Shown here piece by piece: positions 27,501-37,382 of a stretch of 64,000 nt of DNA (its first letter is position 1; every line of letters starts with the position of its first letter). The notes under the pieces were generated by a model. The model was not told where the DNA came from and searched no databases. It saw nothing but the letters and a program-made list of their open reading frames with translations. Made by a program: the position numbers and the translations under genes. The DNA comes from Desulfosudaceae bacterium (GTDB lineage: Bacteria > Desulfobacterota > Desulfobacteria > Desulfobacterales > Desulfosudaceae), in contig CAXXDV010000003.1 in assembly GCA_963674745.2 (NCBI GenBank), forward strand, positions 2,496,001-2,560,000, read 5' to 3'.

Positions 27501-29168
27501 ATGTCAAAGATGTCCGGCGGTCACCTGGTGGCAAAGTATCTGAAAGAAGCAGAAAGCATAACCCACGTGTTCACCCTGTCAGGTGGCCACATTGAGGCCA
27601 TCCTGGACGGCATGACCGAGTACAACATCACCGCCATCGATGTCCGCCATGAACAGGTTGCCGCCATGATGGCCCATGCCTGGTCGGTTTATACCAATAC
27701 ACCCGGCGTCTGCCTGGTCACGGCCGGGCCGGGGTTCACCAATGCCCTCACCGGCATCGTCAATGCCCACCTGGAAAATGTTCCCCTGGTGGTGCTTTGC
27801 GGCCGGCATCCCATCCGGGACGATCTGAAAGGTGCCCTGCAGGAGATGAATCAGATCGACATGGTCAAGCCCGTTACCAAGTGGAGTGCCACCTGTTATG
27901 ATGTCCGGCGCATACCCGAATATCTGTCCATTGCCTTTCGACAGGCCACCATGGGGCGGCCCGGCCCGGTTTTTCTGGAGCTGCCGCCGGATATCCTGTT
28001 TGCTGAAATCGACAGCAGCAGTGCGTCCATACTTCCCAGGCGAAAGCACAAAACCGCAGTTCAGCCGGTAGCAAACGACCTGGAAGCTGCCGCCCGAATC
28101 ATCAACAGCGCTAAAAAGCCGGTTTTTCTGGGGGGCAGCGGCATTGGTTTGAGTGATTGCGGTCCGGCTATGCAGGCGTTTATTGAAAAAACCGGCATTC
28201 CTTTCGGCTTGATCAACTACGGCCGGGGGATGCTGCCGGATGATCATCCGCTTTCCTTGAGCGAAAGCGGGTTTACGGGCATTGCTTCGGGCCTGCCGGT
28301 GGCCGATGTTGTTGTCGCCGCGGGTGTCCGGTTCAACTGGGTGATGCAGTCGGGACAGCTGTTCCCGGATGCGAAGGTTGTCAGGATCGACATCGATCCC
28401 CATGAGCTTGATCGCAACCAGACCGCCACAGTCGGGCTGGAAGGCGACGCCGGGGTAGTGCTGGATCAGCTGCTGCCGCTGGTGGAAAAAAAAGACCATA
28501 CCGAATGGGTGGATACCTTCAAGCGGGCTTCGGCCGCCTTCATGGTCACGGAACTTGAGAAACGGCAGAAACCGTCCGACCCCATTCATCCCTCGCGCCT
28601 GGTGGAACAGGTCATGAGTGTGTTCGGCACTGATGCCTATTATGTGGCTGACGGCGGTGACACCACCTATTACGGCCTGTCCGGGTTTTCTTCCGTCCAC
28701 CGGGCAGGTGTTCTTATCCCTGCCGGCGGCCTGCTGGGCTGTCTCGGTACCGGTATCCCGTTCGCCCTGGCCGCGAAACTGGCCCATCCGGACAAGCCGG
28801 TCATTGTGCTGAACGGGGACGGTTCCTTTGGATTCAACGGCATGGAATTTGACACGGCCGTGCGCCACAATATTCCCATTATCTGTGTGGTCAATAATGA
28901 CTGTGCCTGGGGTATGATCAAACACGCCCAGGAAATCAGCCTGGGCCATGACCGTTGCACCTGCACTGATCTGGGAATGCGTCATTATGAAAAAATGGTG
29001 GAAGGCCTGGGCGGTTACGGTGAACTGGTCACCAAAGACGAGGAGATCGTTCCCGCTCTTAAGCGGGCCGCGGCATCCGGAAAACCGGCCTGCATCAACG
29101 TGGTCACCGATCCGACCGTGACCAGCCAGGCCACCATCATGTTTTATCAGAGTTTTGGTGAGTTGTAA
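27501..29168 (+). CDS. thiamine pyrophosphate-dependent enzyme (2-hydroxyacyl-CoA lyase/IlvB-like)
   Basis: FTLSGGHI, RHEQVAAMMA, TAGPG, GCLGTGIPFA, GDGSFGF...NN. Confidence 0.9.
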   Translation: MSKMSGGHLVAKYLKEAESITHVFTLSGGHIEAILDGMTEYNITAIDVRHEQVAAMMAHAWSVYTNTPGVCLVTAGPGFTNALTGIVNAHLENVPLVVLCGRHPIRDDLKGALQEMNQIDMVKPVTKWSATCYDVRRIPEYLSIAFRQATMGRPGPVFLELPPDILFAEIDSSSASILPRRKHKTAVQPVANDLEAAARIINSAKKPVFLGGSGIGLSDCGPAMQAFIEKTGIPFGLINYGRGMLPDDHPLSLSESGFTGIASGLPVADVVVAAGVRFNWVMQSGQLFPDAKVVRIDIDPHELDRNQTATVGLEGDAGVVLDQLLPLVEKKDHTEWVDTFKRASAAFMVTELEKRQKPSDPIHPSRLVEQVMSVFGTDAYYVADGGDTTYYGLSGFSSVHRAGVLIPAGGLLGCLGTGIPFALAAKLAHPDKPVIVLNGDGSFGFNGMEFDTAVRHNIPIICVVNNDCAWGMIKHAQEISLGHDRCTCTDLGMRHYEKMVEGLGGYGELVTKDEEIVPALKRAAASGKPACINVVTDPTVTSQATIMFYQSFGEL

Positions 29169-29204
29169 GCAGTTCATATATACATGACGCCTGGAGGACG
29201 AGAC

Positions 29205-30032
29205 ATGCCGGGAGTAAAAGATTTGCGGGATAAGGTGGTGGTGGTGACCGGCGCCGGCAGCGGGATCGGCCGTGCTACGGCCAATGCTTTTGCCGGTGAA
29301 AAGGCCAGGCTGGTGATTGCCGACATCAACCGGGAACGGCTGGACGATACGGAAAAGGAACTACAGGAAAAGGGTGTTCAGGTATCGATCTTTGAAATTG
29401 ATGTTTCTGACAAGTCACAGGTGGCCGATCTGGCGCAGTTCACCCTGGATACATACGGCCGGGTGGACATTATTCATAACAATGCCGGAATCGGCTGGGG
29501 CGGCCCCATGGAAGTTTATCCCCTGGAAAACTGGGAGAAGATTGTGGGGGTCAATTTCTGGAGCGTGGTTTACGGGGTGCATTATTTTTTACCGCATCTG
29601 ATCAGGCAGCGCTCGGGTCATATCGTCAATACCTCCAGCGCGGCCGGTTACTGGGGGGGGCCTGGTTTGAGCGCCTACACCGCCACCAAGCACGCCATTG
29701 TCGGCCTTTCAGATGTGCTGCGTGCGGAAGTCCGGCGATACAATATCGGCGTTTCCACCATTTGCCCTGGGATTATCAAGACCAGCATCGTGCATGACGG
29801 CAAACAGACGTTGCTGCCGACCGCCAAGCTTGACCAGAAAAATATGGCTGCGTTTTACGACCGTTTCGGCTGGTCTCCGGACCGGGTGGCCCGGGCAGTG
29901 ATAAAAGCGGTCAAAAAAAACCGGGGACTGGTGCCTGCCGGGCCGGAAGCCTGGCTGATGTGGTATTCCAAGCGGCTTTCCGAAACCGCCTATAACCTTT
30001 TTCTGCGGTTCGGTGCCCGGACCGCCTGGTAA
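29205..30032 (+). CDS. SDR family oxidoreductase
   Basis: TGAGSGIG, NNAG, YTATK; GGAGGA SD. Confidence 0.92.
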   Translation: MPGVKDLRDKVVVVTGAGSGIGRATANAFAGEKARLVIADINRERLDDTEKELQEKGVQVSIFEIDVSDKSQVADLAQFTLDTYGRVDIIHNNAGIGWGGPMEVYPLENWEKIVGVNFWSVVYGVHYFLPHLIRQRSGHIVNTSSAAGYWGGPGLSAYTATKHAIVGLSDVLRAEVRRYNIGVSTICPGIIKTSIVHDGKQTLLPTAKLDQKNMAAFYDRFGWSPDRVARAVIKAVKKNRGLVPAGPEAWLMWYSKRLSETAYNLFLRFGARTAW

Positions 30033-30054
30033 TCAGGGCAGCCTGTTCGATAGG

Positions 30055-30089
30055 TGTAGCGGAGGGCTTCACAGGCTGTCCAATAACTC
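30055..30089. mobile_element. REP-like half-site fused to an orphan IS1182-type inverted repeat
   Basis: TGTAGCGGAGGGC-TTCA-CAGGCTGTCCAATAACT; matches the IS1182 ends and TGAA target at 49397/51160. Confidence 0.65.
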
Positions 30090-30301
30090 AGAACATTCGT
30101 CATTCCTGGCCCAAAAAGCGTCCAGCGTCCTGGCAATGCCTGAAGAAACGCACCCTTTTTCCGCTAAAATAACAATGTCCACCATGATTCACCTTTTATA
30201 TCGCCGAATGTTTTTTTTGACATGAAATATGTCAATCTCTCCCCTTTTGAGAACTTCTGTCATGGGCTATTTTTTTACAACCTGTTTTGAGGAGGGATGC
30301 G

Positions 30302-30459
30302 ATGGACTATCAATCAAAGGTGACAGACCTTATCAGAAACCGCTGTTCCTGGCGCAGTTTTGGGGACCGGGCCGTAGAAACGGAAAAAAGAAAGAAACAG
30401 AACCGGATTTAGCATTGCCCAAAAGATGTGAGTATCTGGTGAGCTGGAAGGGGATTTGA
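30302..30459 (+). pseudogene. nitroreductase remnant with large internal deletion
   Basis: MDYQSKVTDLIRNRCSWRSF (RxSxRxF) joined to a C-terminal-like EYLVSW in another frame. Confidence 0.55.
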
Positions 30460-30782
30460 ACAGTACGGCGACAATGCCTGAACTTCGGGAGCAAGAAAAA
30501 ATGCCTTTGGAAAAAAAACATGTCGTATGCAGCATGTGTGATCAGGCCTGCAGTCTGGAAACGCATGCCAGGGACGGACGGTTGGAAAAACTGCGCGGGT
30601 TTGCAGACCATCTGTTGATGCCCAAGACCATTTGCTGCAAACCCGGGGAGGCTGCTAAATGGTTTTACAATGAACATCGCCTGCTATACCCCTTGAAACG
30701 AACCGGAGAAAGAGGCAGCGGTATGGTCAGGCGGTTATCCGTTTCCAGATCAAGGAAAGGCATCTATATTAAAAGGGAATAA
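30456..30782 (+). pseudogene. molybdopterin oxidoreductase N-terminal Fe-S fragment (acetylene hydratase-like N-terminus)
   Basis: KKHVVCSMCDQAC...ICCK...RLLYPLKRTGERGSG, then the frame degrades. Confidence 0.75.
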
Positions 30783-30974
30783 ACCCTTTTTGACCTTAAA
30801 ACGGGCCTTCTAAGCTGTTCCTTTGTCTGGCTCACGCCTTGAGACTATTTTTAAGCCCCCAAAAGCCCCTTATAAGTCGGTTTTCCCCTCATTTTTTGAT
30901 ATATTTCATCAACTTTTCAAAACGTTAGCCTGGTCCGACCCTGAAAGGGGCCTGTCCCGGACCTGATCCGGGAA

Positions 30975-31448
30975 AGAAGATCCGCTATTGTATCCCAAGT
31001 GCCAGGGGCAAATGAAAATCATCAGTTTTATCGAAGAGCAGGCCGTCATCAAACAGATACTGCAACATCTGGGATTGTGGGAAATCCGCAACACCGGCCC
31101 GCCGCCAACCCCGAACCTGAATATTGTCCGGGAACTGACGTATCAGCCGATGCCTGATCAGGTATCGGCTGATGACGGGTTCTTTTCTCAGGTTCCCGAT
31201 TATGGCTACTGGGCTGAATAATCCCAAAATCCTCCAGCCGGGTGACCACAGCAGAGCGGACTCAAAAATCCCGTTTTTTTCTTTATTTTTCACTGCCCTG
31301 ACATTTTTTCTGTTTTTTTTATCTCTTTGATAATGTTCTGTCGAACCCCGCCTGAAGGCTTCGTCAACATGTGGTGACCTCACAAACATTGACACACAAG
31401 ACCGATCTTGCTATAGATAATGGCCATAAAAGCAAGTTCTTATCCCTA
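30975..31448 (+). mobile_element. IS91-family remnant: transposase C-terminus and oriIS end
   Basis: EDPLLYPKCQGQMKIISFIEEQAVIKQILQHLGLWE; ends in AAAGCAAGTTCTTATCC. Confidence 0.75.
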
Positions 31449-31600
31449 ATAGGTGTTGACAAACTCCTCCAGTTTATTTTACTTTCCTTCATAGTCTTTA
31501 CCCCGAACATTGTTTTAAACGGCCGTTTTTTTTAACTCCCAGCGAGAAAGGACGCCCCTTTTTCTCACAGCAATCTGTGGAAAGTTTAGTTAAATAAATT

Positions 31601-33853
31601 ATGTCTGTTCCCCGGAAGGCCAGCAATACACCTGAAAAACTTCCAGCAGGCGACTTACAGCTTGTTTTTTCGCTTTTTTTTATGGGGCTGGGATATGCCC
31701 TCCTCTCATTCTGTCTCTTCAGGATGCTCTGTTTTATAAACTTCAGCGCGCCCTTTTTCGTTCTTTATATAGGGATAGGATTCCCTGCCGGTGCGTTACT
31801 TGTTTCTTTTTTCATCCGCGACCTTTATACCGGCTTAAAGCTCGTCATTATGGCACTCCCTCTTGCTTCCGCCGGAGTCCTTGCTGTTGGTGTGCTGGCG
31901 ACCTCATTGTGGGGCAACGCGTTAGAGCAAATTTCTTTAGATGTTAATTTCTCCCTTCTGTTTCTCGCAATAGTGGGGGTATCCATCATCTCTATTCCCT
32001 TCTTCGTTCTATGGGGTGCTGCTGAATTCATTGGATTTAAAGTAGTACTGGCCAACAGCCGGTTAAGGCATTTTTTTTATGTAATTACTATCTGCGCTCT
32101 TTTAGCATCTTTCATCATTGGAAACTGGAGTGTACCTGAGCTGGGAATACTAAAAACAGCTGCCGTTGTACCCTTTTTCTCATTACTGGCAGCCGCACTA
32201 TTTTTCCGTCGTAGACATTTTTTAAGATTTATCCTACTACTCTGTTGTTTTTCAGCTTTATGGGTACTCGCGGGAACGTTTGAAACAGCATATTCCAAAA
32301 AATTATTTCTATCCAACGCACTCAATACAATCAAACAGCACCACAACATTAATGATGATTCCAGTTGGTCTCCTATCCTTTTGAAGTCTCTCTGGGGAAA
32401 ATACTGCCATATATCAATCTTTCACTGGCGGGATGAGAGCAACCCTTATGCAATGGACACTATCAGGTGCTGTTATGACGGTTCACCCATGTGGGTGACA
32501 TCTCTGGTTAAAGGCAACGATATCTTTGATTATGCGATCTTTGATGGCCTTAAGAAGAATGCTGATATCTGCATTATTGGATCAGGGGGGGGCAAGCAGA
32601 TTGGCCACGCGATTGAGACAGAACCCCGAAGTATAGTGGCTGTAGATATTGTTCCGGAAATATTTAATGAATTAAAAGGCGAGTTGTCATGGGTAAATGG
32701 CAGCATGTATAATCTGCCTGTTGTTGAAACAGTTTCAATGGATGGGGTCAGTTATATAGAAACGTGTAATAGAAAATTTGACTTAATTGCTCTTCCTGGG
32801 ACTGAATCATTTTCAATGATTCTTAAATCTTTTTTTGAGTACGGCCAGAGGCTTCACACACTGGAATCATTCACACTGTTCAGCGACCACTTGAAGCCCG
32901 GCGGAAAAATTGTCATTTTTAAGAACCTCGATATAGACAGGAATCTCTTTTATTCTTTTGCCAAAACCCTTAAGGCTGCGGGCCTCAATGTTTCAGGGTT
33001 CACAATTGAAGGGTTTCCCTTTGACCATCTTCTTTTATTCGGGTCAAAGGAGACACCGCCGCATATATACAGTGAAAAAACGCTTTCTGGTTTATGGCAA
33101 TTCAGGGGCAGCTTTGTAGACTTCCAGCGGGTCTCCGCCCCTGGTGTTGTGTTAACAGAAAACTCCCCATGGTCCCATGGCATTTTAGGAAATATCGCCC
33201 CTATAAAAACACTGAATACGCTCTTTCTTGTACTGATCTTTTTATTAATTGGCTCTGTTGCAGTCCTTGCATTTCTTCCCTTTACATTTGGTAACAGGGA
33301 GAGCAGTACTTCTGCTCGCAGTAAAACGCTATATGCCTTCGCGGGATGTTTCGTGGGGATAAATGCTATTTATCTGGAGAACGGCATTATCTTCTGGTTT
33401 ATCAGCAACCTTACTAACCCGCTTGCCGCTTTTTTTATAGGTTCTTCAGTTTTTCTCGTGCTGTGGGGCACCTCAAACCTGAAAGAAACGTCGTGGAAAT
33501 ATCTGACGGCCATCGCGATAGTTGGTGCTCTGGGACTACTATTCTCTCATCAGTGGAGCAATCATCTGGCATTTACCTGTATTTTGCTGATCGCGGCCGG
33601 AAGCGGGTTCTGCTTTTCCCATTTAACGCTTCGGTTTGAAACACAACTGTTGAACCTGTTTATCTTTGACGCCCTGGGTTCGTTTATCGGGGGAGTACTC
33701 GGTATCGGTATACCGTTTTTTTATGGATTCAACTACTACTTTACCCTTCTCCCCCTGCTGGCCCTGGCAACACTGGCAACCGCCCTCTGGGCCGGGGCTG
33801 CCGCAAAACAGCTACCCGATATTACGCATCCAGAATCGTATTCCATCAATTAA
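31601..33853 (+). CDS. polytopic membrane protein with central spermidine-synthase-like class I SAM domain
   Basis: TM blocks at both ends; ICIIGSGGG, AVDIVPEI, DG..YI...RKFDLI, LKPGG. Confidence 0.8.
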   Translation: MSVPRKASNTPEKLPAGDLQLVFSLFFMGLGYALLSFCLFRMLCFINFSAPFFVLYIGIGFPAGALLVSFFIRDLYTGLKLVIMALPLASAGVLAVGVLATSLWGNALEQISLDVNFSLLFLAIVGVSIISIPFFVLWGAAEFIGFKVVLANSRLRHFFYVITICALLASFIIGNWSVPELGILKTAAVVPFFSLLAAALFFRRRHFLRFILLLCCFSALWVLAGTFETAYSKKLFLSNALNTIKQHHNINDDSSWSPILLKSLWGKYCHISIFHWRDESNPYAMDTIRCCYDGSPMWVTSLVKGNDIFDYAIFDGLKKNADICIIGSGGGKQIGHAIETEPRSIVAVDIVPEIFNELKGELSWVNGSMYNLPVVETVSMDGVSYIETCNRKFDLIALPGTESFSMILKSFFEYGQRLHTLESFTLFSDHLKPGGKIVIFKNLDIDRNLFYSFAKTLKAAGLNVSGFTIEGFPFDHLLLFGSKETPPHIYSEKTLSGLWQFRGSFVDFQRVSAPGVVLTENSPWSHGILGNIAPIKTLNTLFLVLIFLLIGSVAVLAFLPFTFGNRESSTSARSKTLYAFAGCFVGINAIYLENGIIFWFISNLTNPLAAFFIGSSVFLVLWGTSNLKETSWKYLTAIAIVGALGLLFSHQWSNHLAFTCILLIAAGSGFCFSHLTLRFETQLLNLFIFDALGSFIGGVLGIGIPFFYGFNYYFTLLPLLALATLATALWAGAAAKQLPDITHPESYSIN

Positions 33854-34073
33854 TGTATTTTTTTATAACTGACAGGCTTTTGTGAACTCCTTTTCCGGGC
33901 GTGTTCATCATGATGACATACTGGAACGAGTCGCCGTCACTGTTTTCGTCAATGGGTATTTTCTATCCCAAAGCGGCTGCGGCCGTGGTTTTCTCGGCCG
34001 GCGGCGTGGTGGCGGTCCAGACCTTCGGGTAAAATGTAGCGGAGTCCTTCAGATCCTTTCCCGCACTTGATGC

Positions 34074-34539
34074 GGGCGTTACTACAGCAACAAGAGCTGG
34101 GGACAACGGAAAAAGGCGAACCAGGATGAAGACATCGCCCATATTATCGATACCGGCCTGTCGAACAAGGCCTTCAGAAAATCCTGGGCGCGGCTGATAC
34201 AAAAGGTTTATATATTGTCCGGGAACTGACGTATCAGCCGGTGCCTGATCAGGTATCGGCTGATGACGGGTTCTTTTCTCAGGTTCCCGATTATGGCTAC
34301 TGGGCTGAATAATCCCAAAATCCTCCAGCCGGGTGACCACAGCAGAGCGGACTCAAAAATCCCGTTTTTTTCTTTATTTTTCACTGCCCTGATATTTTTT
34401 TTGTTTTTTTTATCTCTTTGATAATGTTCTGTCGAACCCCGCCTGAAGGCTTCGTCAACATGTGGTGACCTCACAAACATTGACACACAAGACCGATCTT
34501 GCTATAGATAATGGCCATAAAAGCAAGTTCTTATCCCTA
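34074..34539 (+). mobile_element. second IS91-family remnant (transposase fragment and oriIS end)
   Basis: GRYYSNKSWGQRKK...KSWARLIQKVY; 34212..34539 is near-identical to 31121..31448. Confidence 0.75.
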
Positions 34540-34540
34540 T

Positions 34541-34640
34541 CCCTTCTACGAATCCTTTCAGAATAAGGAAGATCTGCTGGTGGCCGTTTACCGGAAGTTG
34601 ATCCAGGACATCGAGGCGGATGCCATGGACATCCTTAACT
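34541..34640 (+). pseudogene. TetR-family regulator fragment
   Basis: PFYESFQNKEDLLVAVYRKLI matches the end of a TetR HTH; it starts at the IS91 end. Confidence 0.6.
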
Positions 34641-34814
34641 TTTCAAAACGTTAGCCTGGTCCGACCCTGAAAGGCACCTGAAAGGAGCCAGGCGTCCCTC
34701 AGTGAGCTATACTATTAGGCAGAAATTCCGTATTTGGTAACCGGGTCTTCCTTAATTGGCAACCTTTTGGGTGACAAAAACTGTAACATCTTGAAAATTA
34801 AAGATAAAATATTT

Positions 34815-34830
34815 TGGCATGGTTAGTGCA
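34815..34830 (+). promoter_or_regulatory. sigma-54 promoter
   Basis: TGGCATGGTTAGTGCA (GG-N10-GC). Confidence 0.72.
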
Positions 34831-34929
34831 CTGTTATTATAAATGTTTTGACGATGTTTATGCTTATAAAATGGAAAACCGTTATTTTAAATGGTTCAAA
34901 ATGCCGGCCTAACAGGAATGGGAGGAAAC

Positions 34930-36018
34930 ATGAGAACGGGTAATCTGGTTATGAAAACGCTGGTCGCTATGTTACTTGCAATGGCAGTCTCAGGAATGTT
35001 CGTAACGACGGCCCCCGCCAAGATAGCGGGATACGATGTCCTCTTTCTTCACGGATTCGTCCCGGAAGATCTGATAACCAACCCCAGTGATCAAGAAATC
35101 TACGCCAGGCGGACACATTCGTCCTACTTTCGTGACCGGTCTGAAGGCTTTTTAAACTGGTCCAGCGCCGAACGCGTGGAAGGCAAAATTTCCCAGCAAC
35201 TGTTTGAACAGGCCAAGGTCTATTCCGCCCAGGGGATCGGCGTAGAGGGGTGCGTTCTGGTGACGGTCAGCACCGGTGACCAGGTTGCCCGGCATTTCAT
35301 AGAAAACCAGGCAACGTGGCTGGAAAACGCAGGGTACCAACCGCTGAACATTATCGCGACGCTCGATTTTGTCGGTGCCGGCGGCGGTACGGATATGGCG
35401 GATCTTGCCGTTGGGGCGGCTTTTCTGCCGGCGGCAACGAAAACAATTGTCGCCCTGGCATTTGGTCTGAGCCAGGATTTAGACAACTATAACAACCTCG
35501 GTGTGATTAACGATCTTACCTATAACGGCGCCAGGAGTCTTTCAATGCAGCCCAATGACGTCCCCCGCCTTCGTTTTTCAGCAGGCGGCAACGAAGGCAT
35601 TGATACGCTCAACCCGATGAGCCAGTTGATCCGGGGCGAAGACGATACCTTAATTCCGGCTTCATCAACCTGCGGTGCATCATCTCCGGCAGGCATTGAA
35701 AGCTGCTCAGCCTATGTTAATTATGAAGGCAAACAGGGGCGTTATAACGGCCCGGACGGTCTGCTCCATAATCACTTTCCGGTCCTGATGGCCAATGGCT
35801 ATAGCCATTACACCCTTGCCGATGATGCGAATAAGGGCAAGGCGACGTATGTGTATAACAATTTTAATGCCGGCCTGAATGTTGATTTTGATACCTATAC
35901 CAAAACCGTGACCCGGAGATGGTGGCAGTTCTGGATAGAAACCGGCACCTGGCAGTATGTAACGGATTCCGACACGAAATCCGTTGTGCGGCTGGTTTAT
36001 GAAACGCTTAATGAATAA
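34930..36018 (+). CDS. secreted alpha/beta hydrolase-like (lipase-like) protein
   Basis: Signal peptide; FLHGF, TVSTGD elbow, GAGGGT, DDTLIP, YSH; GGAGGA SD. Confidence 0.75.
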   Translation: MRTGNLVMKTLVAMLLAMAVSGMFVTTAPAKIAGYDVLFLHGFVPEDLITNPSDQEIYARRTHSSYFRDRSEGFLNWSSAERVEGKISQQLFEQAKVYSAQGIGVEGCVLVTVSTGDQVARHFIENQATWLENAGYQPLNIIATLDFVGAGGGTDMADLAVGAAFLPAATKTIVALAFGLSQDLDNYNNLGVINDLTYNGARSLSMQPNDVPRLRFSAGGNEGIDTLNPMSQLIRGEDDTLIPASSTCGASSPAGIESCSAYVNYEGKQGRYNGPDGLLHNHFPVLMANGYSHYTLADDANKGKATYVYNNFNAGLNVDFDTYTKTVTRRWWQFWIETGTWQYVTDSDTKSVVRLVYETLNE

Positions 36019-36049
36019 GCAATAACACATGAAAAGATGACCCTTTTAT

Positions 36050-36087
36050 GCTGCCCTGCAACGCCTGTTGCAGGGCAGCTTTTTTTC
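36050..36087 (+). terminator. intrinsic terminator between hydrolase and partner gene
   Basis: GCTGCCCTGCAAC-GCCT-GTTGCAGGGCAGC-TTTTTTT. Confidence 0.85.
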
Positions 36088-36257
36088 AGGTACGTTGAAT
36101 ACCGGACCAGACAGTCTGAATGTACCGTTGGGGCAGTCTGACTTACAGGATGATGCAAAGACCGAACCCGAATATTTCACGAGTCGATTTGGCCTTGTCG
36201 AAAATTTTCATGAAATATCCGGGCTAATCCGGAGGAGATTTAAGGAAAGGATCAAGT

Positions 36258-37382
36258 ATGCCCCCCCGAAAGTTTGTACTCTATGCCCTGCCTGCGCTTG
36301 CCCTGCTTGTCGTTGTCGTGAGCCTCCTGATGAGGTCCCCCCAGCCAGAAGTCCGGATCAATGAAACCGCCAGCCCGGCGAAGGACGCGGCTGAACCGTC
36401 AAAAATCATTACCCGACAGGGAACCCCGGTCGCTAAAGCGGTTCCCGAGCCGGAGAAGGATGAAATTGAGATACCCGAAGGCATGCGATACCAGATGGCG
36501 GATATCGCGGAGGCATACAGAAAAAACATGCAATATCCAAAATATTCCAAACCGCTTAACGAAAATGACTGGAACCTGCTCAACCCGCGGGCATTCATCC
36601 CCAGAGAAACCCCTCTTAAAAACGGTATGTCAGCCTCAATGGTTCTTGACCGTTATATTGTCAACCGTGGCGCTGACCTGCCCGTCAAAGTCATTATCCG
36701 CGGTGGCCAGGAAGACGGTAACTTTGCTGTCGGGGTTGACCTTTCCCTGTCTGATAAGGGGGAAACACGGCCGCTGATCAGCCTGACCGAATCTGACGGG
36801 GATGAAAACACCAGCATTTACACCGGGACCATCCCCGCAGGCATGCTCAAAGAAGCCGGTCCGGGCGAAGTGGCCCTAATCGCCGGGATATCCTTTGCAA
36901 ACGGCGATCAGGCCAGCACTTCCGCCGCTGTAAAGGTATATGAGAACACGGCCACTCTGACGCGCCTGGGCGAACCCTATGTTGACGGGGCGGACCTGGT
37001 CATACCGGCCTACCTGGACGTCGAAAAACCGGGGAGATACCGTTTCCGGGCCAATCTGTTTGACGAATCCGGCGGTCAGCCGATCAGCCACCTGAATTCG
37101 GTGTTCACCCTGACCCGGGAAGACAATGAAGGCCTGGTCCGGGTTCATGCCGCCACCCTGAGGGCCAAGGGCAGTCCCGGCCCCTACCTGTTAAAAGACA
37201 TCAATATCACCATGCCTCCCCCAGGCCCCGGGGATACGACAGGGTATGCGTCCTCGACAGCGGAATCGTTCATCATCCGGGGCTGTGACCTGGACCGTTA
37301 CAGCGACGAACCCTATGAAAATCCGCAAAACAACCAGCGGCTTGAGTTCCTGCAGAAGATGGCGGCAGGAGGTAATTCATAA
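36258..37382 (+). CDS. single-TM anchored periplasmic protein, conserved partner of the lipase-like gene
   Basis: N-terminal TM, Pro/Ala linker, beta-rich domain; paralog at 54913. Confidence 0.8.
   Translation: MPPRKFVLYALPALALLVVVVSLLMRSPQPEVRINETASPAKDAAEPSKIITRQGTPVAKAVPEPEKDEIEIPEGMRYQMADIAEAYRKNMQYPKYSKPLNENDWNLLNPRAFIPRETPLKNGMSASMVLDRYIVNRGADLPVKVIIRGGQEDGNFAVGVDLSLSDKGETRPLISLTESDGDENTSIYTGTIPAGMLKEAGPGEVALIAGISFANGDQASTSAAVKVYENTATLTRLGEPYVDGADLVIPAYLDVEKPGRYRFRANLFDESGGQPISHLNSVFTLTREDNEGLVRVHAATLRAKGSPGPYLLKDINITMPPPGPGDTTGYASSTAESFIIRGCDLDRYSDEPYENPQNNQRLEFLQKMAAGGNS

Noticed and set aside
27579..29177. 532-aa antisense ORF
   Set aside because: Shadow frame of the GC-rich TPP enzyme gene; no motifs
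30985..34486. Repeated minus-strand ORFs (MSMFVRSPHVDEAF..., MVTRLEDFG...)
   Set aside because: Antisense readings of the IS91 end repeats
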